Below, piece after piece: positions 35,916 through 47,830 of a stretch of DNA of 64,000 nucleotides. The stretch is from Azolla caroliniana. Taxonomy: Eukaryota; Plantae; Polypodiophyta. The notes under the pieces are model-generated. The model saw only the letters and a program-made list of their open reading frames with translations. It did no database searches and was not told the origin of the DNA. The stretch covers positions 6,944,001 through 7,008,000 of the forward strand of contig JBHGNT010000002.1 of NCBI GenBank assembly GCA_043228905.1, in the 5' to 3' direction. Position numbers and translations under genes: made by a program. Positions within the stretch are counted from its first letter, which is position 1; every line of letters begins with the position of its first letter.

Positions 35916-37124
35916 ATGAAGATGGATGAGGAAGATCTATTGGAGGCATATGGATACGAGAAACAGAAGGGACGAGGTTGGTGCGAGTTCGACCAATGGG
36001 TATCATCAATAAAGACCCACCAAAGTGCCATGCATGCTTTCCTAGAGTTTGAGCATCATTTTGCTAAACTCTCAAAGCGGGAACAAAGATTGGTGGGGGT
36101 GGATAAGGTCCTATTGTTCATGAAGTCAATCGATCGGAAGGAAAGGAAGGTAATTGGAATCAATCTTGAGGATGATGATGGAGCAAATGGCCTCACCGAG
36201 AATTGGGCCGAAGTCAAAAGAGTATGCCGGCAACATGACAAGAGGAAGATGGGAATCTTGTCGACAATGTCACGACCCATGAGGGATGATCGAAGGAGAA
36301 TGAGATGCGGCAACGTGCCACCATGGAAGGAAGAAAGCTCAAAGAGGGAAGGTTTGAGAATACTCGACATAGAAGTCTTTACGAGAGAGGCATTTGAGAA
36401 CTTAAAGTCACAAGTCGCGGCTAAAGAGAAGCTTAAAATGGAGCCCAAATTGAGGCGAATGATGATCAAGGAAGAAGAGACCTCCCAACAAAGGTGGGTT
36501 AATGAAGTGGCCGATACAAAGGATCAGGTTTGGTATGACAGCACCAAGAGAGAAGGTACACAACAAGTCACCTTCTCTTATTGTGGAGAAACAATGGTCC
36601 AGCATAAGGTCGAAGACTCAAGAGTGGGGAATGCCGCTTTGAGAGTGGACGAGCATTTCGAGACACACATTGTGTCCGAAACATCGAGTGATGAAGGTGC
36701 AAGCATGATCAAAGCTTGCATGATCGAGGAAGAAAACGGGTGTGAGGCCTATAGGGTTGATGAAGTAGCTGCGAATGACAAGGTGAAGGAGGTGTTTGTG
36801 AGCAACACAACAAGGGCGGATGATGACCATGGCAAGACTTTCTCCACAATAGACCTAGAGACTTGGGCATTAGCAGATGTAAGACCCAAGAGACGGAAGG
36901 TGGCAGCGAGGAAGCAAAGGTCTAAACCAATACGAACAACCTTGAGGTGGAAATGGCTAAGGGTAGCACAACCAAGGCGAACTACGAAATGTATGGATCA
37001 CTGCACACTCGTTCAAGAGACTTGGGCATTAACCGATGTAAGACTAAACAGAAGGATGGTCGTGGTGCAGAAGCAAGGGTCGAAATTGGTGCATGTGACA
37101 AGGAGGTTAAGCAAAGCAAAATGA
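35916..37124 (+). pseudogene. Degenerate gag-like ORF with low-complexity tail (element F)
   Basis: EFDQWVSS..VGVDKVLLFMKSID..EDDDGANGLTENW, homologous to 48960-49484. Confidence 0.7.
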
Positions 37125-37882
37125 TGAAAGCCGATGCATGCGATAGAGAGATAGCCAAGGAGATGGCTATGGCTATGAACAAAACAACAAAAGAAAACAC
37201 CGATCAAGATGAGAATTCCTTCACACATGTTCCAGAGACTTGGGCAGTTGCATACGAAAGACAACATGAGACCCAAGAGATGGAAGGTGGCGGTGAGTGG
37301 ATTGAGAAAGCTAGTGTATATGATAAAGAGACCAAGCGAAGTTTGACAAGGGATGGCGAGCGCCAAACGGGCCAGGTGGATCCGAAGGATGTTATCACAA
37401 TTGTATCTAACAAGGATGACACTAGCATCGTGGTCAACTCTAACATGAGAGTATACCACGAAAGTGGAAAAAGTGGGAAGCATGCAATGTGGTCACGTAG
37501 GAACCGAGCGGTGATCATGCACTTGAAGAATGGACTACTAAAGGTAGTCGACATCGGTATTTGGATAAGGCCTTGGGAAGGCATACATGGAACAAGAAAG
37601 GTCGATAAAAGGAAGTTTCTTGACCAAGGAGACGGATGGGATGAAGGTGGCACGTCCACAAATTGTGAAAGGTTCTACTCAGGAAGGGCAAAGGGGGCCA
37701 TGGCAACCGGTCATGGCATTGCAAAGAGCGAGTGAAGAATATGGTGGATCAGATGGCAACAATGGTTCAGGTGGAAGGAATGGACGTGCTCAACATGGAG
37801 GAATATAATTGATCATTGTTGCCGAAATCTTGCACTCTCTTCTTGGCATGTACCAGAGGACGTGCAATTTAATGGGGGTGGA

Positions 37883-38297
37883 TGTCGTGAAGATTTTTGG
37901 CAATGGTGTGAAAATTGCATGGAACGGACAAAATCGAGAAGGTGCAATGTGCACACGTATGAAAGGACTGATGGTTACACATGCATGTTAGCACGTTAAT
38001 GTGCATGTGTGATGTGTTTTTAGGTGTTCATTACACCAAATTTAAAAATAAACCTAGGACCTAGTGAGATCGAGTGTGTATAGAGAGGGGTGCAAGCAAG
38101 ATTTGAACCTTGTACCTCCAATGTAGATGAGAATTGATTTACCACTAGGACTATTATCATATGCTTTAAAGTTTATGTATTCACTTTTCATATTCAAATT
38201 ACATACGAAACAACAATACAAAACCGTGTGCACAAAGCATGGTTTTAAGCCAATGGTTTTGTGCATGTCACAAAGCAAAAGTTGTGTGCACAGAAAC
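37883..38297 (+). repeat. 3' LTR of F (5' part)
   Basis: Highly similar to 25247-25660. Confidence 0.88.
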
Positions 38298-39968
38298 TGT
38301 AAAGGAATATGTGCGGAAGCATGTGCGTAAAAGACATAGAGTACACAATTTGGAAACATGACAGTTTGGTGAAACACAGAAAACACAAAGAGAAGAAGAA
38401 GAGGGAGAGAGAGGGAGAGACAGAGAGAGGGAAAGAGACCAGACAACAGTTCTATTCCAAGAAAATAACACTCTGTACATAGGATGTGCTCAGAGAGCAC
38501 TTTTATACAAGTCCATACGGACTGACAGAAGTACTGACATGTACTTCAATGCTCATCAATGAGCCCCTACACTAACTCCGAAAATATATTCCTTCGCGGA
38601 ATATCTTTCCAACGACCTCCTTGTTTACGCACCACTACGGTCTCTTGTTGCACACCCAGTTTACGCACCCAGCCTACGCATTGGTTTACGGACCGGTTTA
38701 TGCACCCAATGTTGAGCTTGTATCTCAACACTCCCCCTCAAGCTCCACTTGAGGTTTTGCCTACTCTTCCGGATCTTCGTTCCGGGTTCTCCTGGCTTCA
38801 CGCCTTACTCGCGCTCCTCGACCCGTTTGATTCTGCATGCTTCGACCCTTTCGGTCAGCCTATTTGTTCGTGCAGCCTTTCTCAGCTCCTTCGTTGTCAC
38901 GATGTTGGTGCCTCTTTTGCTGCCCTTTCCTCCACTTGGCCTTTAGTTGATTCAGCATGTCCGAATCAAACATTTCAATTGAATTAGTCGCTTCTAATTC
39001 GTCTCCGTTTTCGCCCGAATTGGCTGTCTCCAATTTGTCTTCTGTCTTTAGGCCCTAAGATCTAGCTGTGTGATCGTCGAATAGATTAGGCTTCCGACGA
39101 TTTGACGGAACTGTGTCGGGTCGCATGCCTTTCCCGAATCTTGGCAAAGCTTTGCGTTTCTGTCTAGAGGGGTTGAGATGGGCTTACAATCTGCAATCCC
39201 GAACTTGAAGAGCATATTCAACACGTAGTGACGTTGGCTGATCAGTATGCCTTTGGGGGTGCGGATCACTTCGATTCCTAAGAAGTAATGAAGGTCCCCA
39301 AGATCATGTCGAATGTTGCCGCAAGCTGAGACTTTACGTGGCCGTTTTCATCTAGGTCAGCACCGGCGATGACTAGATCATCAACATAAAGTAAAAGACT
39401 AACCGATCGATGAAGAGTCCAATATGGACGTCGTAAACCCCATACAATGCAGATGCTGCGTGATCTTCGTGTTCCATGCGCACGGGGCTTGCTTTAGTCC
39501 GTAGAGGAACTTCTTCAATCGGCAAAATGCCGAGGTGTTCCGGTCGGATAGAAATCCGAGGGGTTGTACCATGTACACCTGTTTCTTAAGATCACCTTGT
39601 AGGAACGCATTCTTTACATCCATCTAATGTAAGAGCCACCCCTTTGCCATTGCTACGGCTAGCAAAACACAAACAGTGGTCATCTTCGTGACAGGCGCGA
39701 AGGTCTTGTCGTAATCGACGCCGCGCTTCTGTGCATAGCCTTTCGCCATTAACCGGGCCTTGTATCGGTTGACTGAGTCGTCGGTGTTGTACTTCACCTT
39801 GTACACCCATTTGCATCCGATCGGCTTCACACTTTTAAATGTGTCAACCAGGTCCCAAATCTCATTATCTGATAACGCGTGCATCTCTTCCTTCATCGCG
39901 TCACACCAGTTCACGTCCTTCACCGGTTCTGCATAGCTCTCCGGCTCACGCACTTCCGCCACTCGCGT
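38298..39968 (-). mobile_element. Ty1/copia family 3 remnant: 3' LTR (38298-38730), PPT (38731-38742), decayed RT
   Basis: CTTGAGGGGGAG-TGTTGAGA...TTTACA on the minus strand; YKARLMAKGY, MDVKNAFL, LYGLKQAP fragments; interrupted at 39969. Confidence 0.88.
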
Positions 39969-40135
39969 TGTCGAGGAAATCCTCGTGGATGCCTAGAAGT
40001 TGGGCAGGACCATGGGGGTCTTGAACCAAGGAATCAAGATGTGAGGAGGAAGAGTCTGTGGTTTACGAGGACCCTGAGACCGCGGTTTAAACAGAAAAGA
40101 TTAGCGAAACGAGAGAGATAGTGTAAGAGGAACGT

Positions 40136-40839
40136 TGTCGCGTTGTTACGCGCGTGCGTGGAGAAGGGCGGGACCACAGGGGTCTCGGACTAGGGAGAAA
40201 AGGGGGGTGCCGAGAAACCGACTCCAGACGCGCACAGGAGGAAACCGAACGCGCGCGAGAGAGAGAGACAAAGGAGAGGGGGAGCGTGCACGCGACACCG
40301 ACTCTTATGCACAGGAAGCAAGGGGTTGTGCTTCCGACACCACCAAATACACCGATATGCATAGACAGACGCAAATATGTATATTACAAGGGAAAGAATA
40401 CATCCCCGGCTTTGAGCCAAACCAAGGTAGGTTACGCTACAACAACAGTCTACCGCCAAGCCGCCGTCGGGGAGCTCTCGGGCTCGTTGCGCCGAGCGGG
40501 GTCTTGCACAGGAGGCCGAGCGGAAGCAAACCCTAAGCAAACACGAAGGGGAAGAAGAAGAAGAAGAAGAAGAAAAGGTAAACGGAATACTAAACCTAAC
40601 GGTATACCCTCCTAACTCAAAAATGGGCAACCCCTTCACAAAGGGGCACTCCCTTCCTTTTATAGACCAAGGAGAGGGATGCGTTACAATGTCGGATAAA
40701 TCCCAACTTACATGGGATTCTCTGTCCCGACTTGACTCCTACTATTCACACATTTTTACAAGGGTGAGTACACATGATGCACTCTGCCGATTCTCTCGAT
40801 ATTCTTTGATTCCGCCTCAGGAAGGTTTTCTCCATGACA
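40136..40839 (-). repeat. Canonical 3' LTR of E
   Basis: Minus strand PPT GGTGGGGGCGGA then TGTCATGG; ends CGCGACA. Confidence 0.82.
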
Positions 40840-41381
40840 TCCGCCCCCACCTAACCGCGCATCCACCGATATGTGCCAAAATAGACTCTTTGCCGGAGAA
40901 GACTGGCCCGCGCTTACCCTTCGTCCTCCGGATCGCCATTCGCTTGGAACCGGTTGTCCTCGTGCCTGCCTCATCGTAGGCTCATTTGACCCTTCGATAG
41001 GTCAATTGCCACGATTGCGTAGTACGCGTACTTCGTTGTTGGCCCTTCACTTGGCCGAATGCACGCTCCGCTATCCGCCGTAGGTTCGGGGTCCTCTGCT
41101 TGAGGAGCGCCCGTAACGGCCCGCTTGGCCTTAGTCCGTTGTTGTGTTGTCTTGGTCGTCGTCTTTGCCACCGCTACCGTCTGTCACTCTCAGTCCCACA
41201 TGAGCTCTCGGGCCGGATGCCAGAGTCTCTAGAGTCGGTGCGTGTGAAATCCAGGCACCACCGCTTCTCTTTCGCCTGTGGGTGTCCTCTGCGTCCGAGG
41301 AATACCTGTAGTAGCCGGCTTGGCCCTCTTCCGTCTTGCGCTGTTGCCGCCGGGTTGAAGCCTTTCGCTCGCCGTCGTCCC

Positions 41382-42025
41382 TGTCGTACTTCCGTGCTCG
41401 GCCACCACCGAGGAACAAGATCGATTCACAGAAAACGGGAAGTACAAGAATGCACGAAAAACAATAGAGAGAAGGGTACACTGGATGTTTTACGTGGAAA
41501 ACCCTAAATGGGAAAAACCACGGGAGTGCAAGACTCCAACTATCACTATGCGCGGGAATGTACAATGGCGAGCTGCAAGGTGACGACCTTGAGCTCGCTG
41601 TCCTCGCCACAGGCGGCGGTATTACACAGAGGCGTCGACCTCTTCCTTCCTCTTCGTTCTCTCACTCTCTCTCGGCTGCTCTCACTTCGCTCCCTCTTAG
41701 TGGAAAACAGAAAAATGAGCAACAACTACAAAACTGTTTGCCCTAAGTCATATTTATACACATATGACTTTCGGGCTATTTACAAATATAGCCTCAAGGG
41801 CCCTTGGCAAACATATTCACAGATATGTCCCCGCATCCGGATCTCTCTCCGGGTACATACGTCATCCGGCTCCGTAACCGGGGTCTTCAGCATCCGGCTC
41901 CGTAACCGGGTACTCTTCATCCGGCTTCATGCCGGGTACTCTTCATCATACGGTTCCGTAACAGCCTCCGGGCTTGCCGTCATTCATCTCCGGACATCCC
42001 ATCCGGAGGGACCGAAATCCCAACA
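41382..42025 (-). repeat. 3' LTR of copia D
   Basis: Direct repeat of 46141-46784. Confidence 0.97.
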
Positions 42026-42035
42026 AACTCCCCCT

Positions 42036-45000
42036 TCACTTCGGCATGGGATGTCTCTCTAACCCGATCCTCTTCCGGCATGCTTCCAGCTTGTCGGGTG
42101 TGAGCACCTTGGTCAGCATATCCGACCCGTTCTCGTCCGTGTGGATCTTCGTCAGCACGAACTCCTTGTCTTCTATTCTTTCCCGGATCCAGTGGTATCT
42201 ACGCTGGATGTGTTTCGTCTGGGAATGGTAAGCCGCGTTCTTCGCAAGGTGGATGGCACTCAGACTATCGCAGTAGAGTCGGTACTCCTCCTGCCGGATA
42301 CCGAGCTCTCTAATGAAGTCCTTCATCCATATTATTTCCTTGCCGACTTCAACAGCCGCCATGTACTCCGCCTCCGTGGTTGACAGCGCAACCGTCTTTT
42401 GCAGCCTCGACTGCCACGAAACAGCTCCACCTGCATACGTCATCACATACCCTGATGTGGACCGGCTGGTATCTGCATCAGCCGACATATCCGAATCGGT
42501 AAAGCCGTCGAATTCGGGCTTACCGGAGCCGAATCGGAGGCACACGTTTGCCGTGCCCTTCAGGTATCGGAGTATCCACTTGACCGCGTTCCAGTGCTCT
42601 TTGCCGGGATTGCTCATGTACCGGCTCACCACTCCAACTGCATATCCTATGTCCGGTCTTGTACACACCATTGCGTACATCAAGCTTCCGACGGCAGAGG
42701 CATATGGTACTTTCATCATGTCCTCCTTCTCAGCCTTTGTCTTGGGGCTTTGCTTGCTGGACAACTTGCAGTTTCCCGGCAGGGTTGACCCGACCGGTCT
42801 TGCTTCCGACATGTTGAACCGGTGAAGCACCTTTGTCACGTACTTCTCCTGTGACAGCCACAACTGCTTCTTCTTCCGGTCCCGGATGATGTGCATCCCT
42901 AGTATTTGCCTCGCCGGACCCAGGTCCTTCATTGAGAAGGTTCGGTGAAGCGCTTTCTTTAGCGTCCGTATCTTGACCTGGTCCCGTCCGACGATCAACA
43001 TGTCGTCCACGTACAGGAGGAGTATTAGAGAGTCTCCTCCTTCGAACTTCTTCACAAACACGCAGTGATCAGACTGCGTTTTGTGGTACCCTTCGTCGGT
43101 CATGAAGGAGTCGAACTTCCGGTACCATTGCCGGGGAGCCTGCTTCAGTCCGTAAAGGCTCTTCTTCAACCGGCATACCAGGTGCTCCTTCCCTTTCTTC
43201 TCGAATCCTTCCGGTTGCTGCATGTAGATCTCTTCTTCGAGGTCACCGTGAAGGAATGCCGTCTTCACGTCCATTTGTTCTACCTCGAGGTCCATGCTTG
43301 CCGCTATGCTCAGCACCGTCCGGGTGGAGGTCATCTTCACTACCGGGGCGAATATCTCGTCGAAGTCGACGCCCTTCTTCTGCTGAAACCCCTTCACCAC
43401 GATCCTGGCTTTGTATCTCGGGGGGTTTCCGGCATCTCCCGGTTTCAGCTTGAACACCCACTTGTTTCGAAGTGCCCGCTTTCCTTTCGGCAACTCCACA
43501 AGTTCATATGTGTGGTTCTCATGCAGGGAATCCATCTCGTCCTGCATGGCACTCAACCACCTGCGGCTCTGGGTGTCATGCTTTGCTTCTTCAAAGCTCT
43601 CCGGCTCCCCTTCGTCGGTTAGCAGCAAGTGCTCTGGTTCCGGAAATCTCTGGGGGGCCCTTCTCTCTCTTAGAGGATATCTCCGTTCCGGAGCTTCGGT
43701 AACCGGTTCTTCCGATTCTTCTTCATCCGAATCCATTTCGGGATCGGGGCCGGTTCCGGTATCATTTTCATCTTCTTCGGCCGGTTCTGTTTCTTCATAG
43801 TCTTCGGCCGGATCCTCGAGTGTTAACCGGTCCCTTGCCGGTCGGGACTGCTCCTCGTAGAGTTGATCCTCACCGGTCGACTTGGAGCTCTTCATCTTCT
43901 TCTCCGACTCCCAGTCGGCGAGTGTCTTGTCCTCCATGAAGATGATGTCTCGACTCCTGAATATCTTCTTGTCGACCGGGTCCCATACTCGGTAGCCGAA
44001 CTCGTCGTCGCCGTAACCGAGGAATATGCATGGCCGGGTCTTTGGATCTAGCTTTCCTCTCCGGTCCTTTGCCACATGCACGTATGCGAGACACCCGAAC
44101 ACCTTCAGATGCCGGTAGGACACTTCCTTACCGGTCCACACTTTCTGCGGCGTGTCTCCATCCAAAGGTACTGAGGGTGATCTGTTTATCACGTATGTCG
44201 CCGTCGACATTGCCTCAGCCCAAAACCCCTTGGGTAATTTCGCATGCGTCAGCATACTCCGGACCCTCTCCATTATGGTCCGGTTCATCCTCTCGGCCAG
44301 CCCGTTTAGTTCCGGCGTCTTCGGCACAGTAAACTCGAGCCGGATTCCCTTCGAGCGACAGTACTCCTGGAACTGCCCCCGGTATTCCCCTCCGTTATCC
44401 GCTCGTATCGCTTTCAGCTTCTTGCCGGATTCTCTTTCCACTCTCGCGTGGAGTTCTTTGAAGACGGACAACACTTGGTCCTTTGTCTTCAACGGCGCCG
44501 TCCACAGCTTCCGGCTGTGATCATCAATGAAAGTCACGAAGTACTGGGCTCTGCCATGTGACTTCGTTTCTACCTGACACACATCAGTGTGCACCAACTC
44601 CAATGGTGCGCTACGTCTCGTCGGTGGCCTTGAGTGGAAGGAGGTTCGGTTCTGCTTACCGGCCAGGCAATCGGTGCACTTCTCCAGATGCACATGCTTC
44701 ACTGGAATGAGGTTGTCTTCTGCAAGCCTCTTCATCCCCTTCTCGCTCATGTGGCACAGTCTCTTGTGCCACAGCTCACCGGCAGTGTCGGCTGCCACGT
44801 TCAGCTCCTCCGGACATAGCCGGGAATTCATCAGGTACAGGGTGTTGACCTTCCGGGCCCGAGCCACTATCAGGCTCCCCTTGCTGAACTTCATGACACC
44901 GTTCCGGATGCTACCCGTGTAGCCTTCATCATCTAGCCTCCCGGCCGAGATCAGGTTCAATCGGACCTCCGGAACGTGTCGCACATCCTTCAACAGCATC

Positions 45001-46109
45001 TTGCATCCGGTTGATGTCAACAGCCACACGTCTCCTATGCCGGCAATCCGGCATGTGCCTTCATTTCCCATCCGGACACAGCCGTGCTCACCGGCTGTGT
45101 AGGATGAGAAGTATTTCTTCTCCGGGGTCAGGTGGAACAACGCTCCGGAATCGACCACCCAGGTCATCTCTACACCGGCAAGGTTCAGCTCCCTCTCTTC
45201 GGTAATAAGCATTATCTCTTCTTCACTTGCCGCGAGTGCCGTCGTTCCTTTCCGGTCCTGCCCTCGCCGATCCGGACCTCTCCGGTCCGTGGCTCCCTGG
45301 TATGCACCGTTCCTCTCCGGTGACTTCTTCGAATCGGTGTCGTCGGCTCCGTTGTCCTTTCGGTAATGCCGACAATTCTTCCGGAAGTGCCCCCGCTTCC
45401 CACAGTGGAAGCATGTTGGCCTTCCTCTTGACTGCGACCGGGTCCCCGACTTATCCCGTCTTTGCGGACTCCGGTTCCATTGTCTTCCCCGATCCGATTC
45501 GATAAGCAGCATCTTCTGATCAGAAACCGGTTCTTTATCTCTCCGACGCGCTTCTTCGTTCAAAATACTTGTCTTTACCGTTTGTAGGGACAAGTTATCT
45601 TCGGTGCAGGAGGTGCTGAGAGTCACCACCAAGTTCTCCCAGCTGTCCGGCAATGTACACATCAGGATGATGGCTTGCATTGCATCCTCCAACGGGAACT
45701 TGATTGCCGCAAGCTGGTTCACGAATCCAATGAACGTGCTTACGTGTTCCACCATACTCTCGCCGTCCCGGTACTTGAGGTTCACTATCTTTCTCATCAG
45801 GGAGGTCCGGTTCAACGCATTCTTCCTCTCGTAGAGGCCCGACAGCTTCCGCCACATCTCATATGCGTTGGTGTCGTTCGCCACGTGTTGTAGAACGCTC
45901 ACGTCGACGTATTGCCGAATGGTTGCAACGGCTTTCCGGTTCAAAAGCCTCCACTCCGTCTCAAGTACCCCCTTGGGTATTTCCGACCTGTCGATCGGTT
46001 CATACAGGTCCCGAACAATGAGCAGATCCTCCATCTTTATCTTCCAGTCGGCGTAGTTCTGCGCATTCAGCACCATCATCCCCGGCTGCCCGCTGCTGCC
46101 GCCTTCCAT
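42036..46109 (-). CDS. gag-pol: copia Gag-Pol polyprotein, 1357 aa
   Basis: CFHCGKRGHFRKNC, WVVDSGA, LWHKRLCH..CTDC, HTDVC/RADNGGEY/AERMNRT, LYVDD, FTDSD, TEAEY, YCDS; no stops. Confidence 0.97.
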   Translation of the reverse strand: MEGGSSGQPGMMVLNAQNYADWKIKMEDLLIVRDLYEPIDRSEIPKGVLETEWRLLNRKAVATIRQYVDVSVLQHVANDTNAYEMWRKLSGLYERKNALNRTSLMRKIVNLKYRDGESMVEHVSTFIGFVNQLAAIKFPLEDAMQAIILMCTLPDSWENLVVTLSTSCTEDNLSLQTVKTSILNEEARRRDKEPVSDQKMLLIESDRGRQWNRSPQRRDKSGTRSQSRGRPTCFHCGKRGHFRKNCRHYRKDNGADDTDSKKSPERNGAYQGATDRRGPDRRGQDRKGTTALAASEEEIMLITEERELNLAGVEMTWVVDSGALFHLTPEKKYFSSYTAGEHGCVRMGNEGTCRIAGIGDVWLLTSTGCKMLLKDVRHVPEVRLNLISAGRLDDEGYTGSIRNGVMKFSKGSLIVARARKVNTLYLMNSRLCPEELNVAADTAGELWHKRLCHMSEKGMKRLAEDNLIPVKHVHLEKCTDCLAGKQNRTSFHSRPPTRRSAPLELVHTDVCQVETKSHGRAQYFVTFIDDHSRKLWTAPLKTKDQVLSVFKELHARVERESGKKLKAIRADNGGEYRGQFQEYCRSKGIRLEFTVPKTPELNGLAERMNRTIMERVRSMLTHAKLPKGFWAEAMSTATYVINRSPSVPLDGDTPQKVWTGKEVSYRHLKVFGCLAYVHVAKDRRGKLDPKTRPCIFLGYGDDEFGYRVWDPVDKKIFRSRDIIFMEDKTLADWESEKKMKSSKSTGEDQLYEEQSRPARDRLTLEDPAEDYEETEPAEEDENDTGTGPDPEMDSDEEESEEPVTEAPERRYPLRERRAPQRFPEPEHLLLTDEGEPESFEEAKHDTQSRRWLSAMQDEMDSLHENHTYELVELPKGKRALRNKWVFKLKPGDAGNPPRYKARIVVKGFQQKKGVDFDEIFAPVVKMTSTRTVLSIAASMDLEVEQMDVKTAFLHGDLEEEIYMQQPEGFEKKGKEHLVCRLKKSLYGLKQAPRQWYRKFDSFMTDEGYHKTQSDHCVFVKKFEGGDSLILLLYVDDMLIVGRDQVKIRTLKKALHRTFSMKDLGPARQILGMHIIRDRKKKQLWLSQEKYVTKVLHRFNMSEARPVGSTLPGNCKLSSKQSPKTKAEKEDMMKVPYASAVGSLMYAMVCTRPDIGYAVGVVSRYMSNPGKEHWNAVKWILRYLKGTANVCLRFGSGKPEFDGFTDSDMSADADTSRSTSGYVMTYAGGAVSWQSRLQKTVALSTTEAEYMAAVEVGKEIIWMKDFIRELGIRQEEYRLYCDSLSAIHLAKNAAYHSQTKHIQRRYHWIRERIEDKEFVLTKIHTDENGSDMLTKVLTPDKLEACRKRIGLERHPMPK

Positions 46110-46125
46110 TTTCTGTGTTACCGTC

Positions 46126-46137
46126 GCTCTGATACCA
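46126..46137 (-). promoter_or_regulatory. PBS, tRNA-iMet (copia D)
   Basis: TGGTATCAGAGC three nt inside the LTR. Confidence 0.96.
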
Positions 46138-46140
46138 CTT

Positions 46141-46784
46141 TGTCGTACTTCCGTGCTCGGCCACCACCGAGGAACAGGATCGATTCATAGAAAACGGGAA
46201 GTACAAGAATGCACGAAAAACAATAGAGAGAAGGGTACACTGGATGTTTTACGTGGAAAACCCTAAATGGGAAAAACCACGGGAGTGCAAGACTCCAACT
46301 ATCACTATGCGCGGGAATGTACAATGGCGAGCTGCAAGGCGACGACCTTGAGCTCGCTGTCCTCGCCACAGGCGGCGGTATTACACAGAGGCGTCGACCT
46401 CTTCCTTCCTCTTCGTTCTCTCACTCTCTCTCGGCTGCTCTCACTTCGCTCCCTCTTAGTGGAAAACAGAAAAATGAGCAACAACTACAAAACTGTTTGC
46501 CCTAAGTCATATTTATACACATATGACTTTCGGGCTATTTACAAATATAGCCTCAAGGGCCCTTGGCAAACATATTCACAGATATGTCCCCGCATCCGGA
46601 TCTCTCTCCGGGTACATACGTCATCCGGCTCCGTAACCGGGGTCTTCAGCATCCGGCTCCGTAACCGGGTACTCTTCATCCGGCTTCATGCCGGGAACTC
46701 TTCATCATACGGTTCCGTAACAGCCTCCGGGCTTGCCGTCATTCATCTCCGGACATCCCATCCGGAGGGACCGAAATCCCAACA
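46141..46784 (-). repeat. 5' LTR of copia D
   Basis: TGTTGGG...CGACA on the minus strand. Confidence 0.97.
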
Positions 46785-46859
46785 GTCCCCTCGCCCCCAC
46801 CAGCTTGTCCTCTCGGGCTTGGCTTGCGACGCCAGTTGCTGCCACTCTGACTAAGCTGC

Positions 46860-47830
46860 CGAGATCTCCGAAGCGGGCGTGGAGGATCCTTCCCCGACTT
46901 GTATATCTTCCCGGTTTCTGACCCGTCGTTCGATTACGTTCGCCTGCCGTCACCGTCCCTTCATATAGGACTCACGCCGGCACTTGGGCCGACTGCCGGA
47001 TCGGTGCGAGGATCTTCGTCGGACCTCCCCTTCTGGCTTCGATTGCCCGCCTTGCTGCCGCCACCGTTCCTTACTCTAGGTCTCACGCCTCCTCTTGTTG
47101 CTGGCTACCGGAGTCTCTAGAACCGGTGTGTGTAAGGTCGCAGTAGCACCACTCCGCCTTCGCCGCCGTCTTTTGTTGGTCGCGTTCACCTGCCGCCACC
47201 GATCTCTCGTATAGGACTCACGCCGGCACTGGGGCCGACCGTCGGATCGGTGTGAGGATCTCCGTAGACTGCCCATCTGTAGCCCTTACCCTTCGTCCCC
47301 TCGCTGCCACCGTTCGTCACTCTAGGCCTCATGCCGACTCTCGAGCCGACTACCGGAGTCTGTAGAACCGGTGTGAAGGATCCTCCTCGGGCTTGTTATA
47401 TCTCTGACCCTTATCCCGGGTCTTCCTTCTTTCGCAAGTCGAGAGGGTGGCTTACTCCACACCCTCTCCCGTGGTACCGACGTACCATGTTCCCGGCCTC
47501 TTCGTAGGCCTGCTCTCTTCCTCCCTCACGGAATGGTTATCCGGAAGTCCGCACTGCCCGGTTCTTGTTCGGGTCCGTCATTCTCTGGATTTCCGGGTCC
47601 CGTTCTCTTGTCGCCACCGTCCCTTACTATAGGACTCACGTCGGCACTCGGGACGATAGCCGGTTCGGTTGTAAGGAACTCCATAGGACCGGCCTTCATT
47701 CTCCGCTTCATCCCTTGGACTTCTCCCGGACTCGTCGTCACTCTCCTCGCTGTGCTCCCGCCTCCATCTTCCATCTCTTTCGGTCTCACGTTGCCACGTC
47801 GGCCGAACTGCCGAAGTCTCCAGACAAGAC
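46860..47830. repeat. Degenerate internal repeats of element E
   Basis: ATAGGACTCACG(C/T)CGGCACT recurs near 46965, 47211 and 47629; CCGGAGTCT.TAGA recurs near 47108 and 47353. Confidence 0.65.

Larger units (their letters stand above)
35830..38297 (+). mobile_element. gag-only non-autonomous group W element F (5' LTR reduced to ~45 bp; 3' LTR cut by copia family 3)
   Basis: LTR end CGTGACA at 35876, Trp PBS, gag-like ORF, PPT GGGGGTGGA 37874-37882, LTR from 37883; no pol. Confidence 0.8.
41382..46784 (-). mobile_element. Ty1/copia element D (family 2, Tnt1-like), intact
   Basis: 644-bp LTRs with about 4 differences by eye; perfect TSD GTCCC; Met PBS; PPT at 42026-42039; single open gag-pol. 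Confidence 0.98.

Noticed and set aside
41508-42062. 184/195-aa ORFs within the LTRs of D, and similar LTR ORFs elsewhere
   Set aside because: Repeated only because the LTR is duplicated; low complexity and not kept in related LTRs.
42141-46206. Antisense and alternative-frame ORFs over copia and gypsy polyproteins (throughout the window)
   Set aside because: Shadows of the main reading frame with no motifs of their own.
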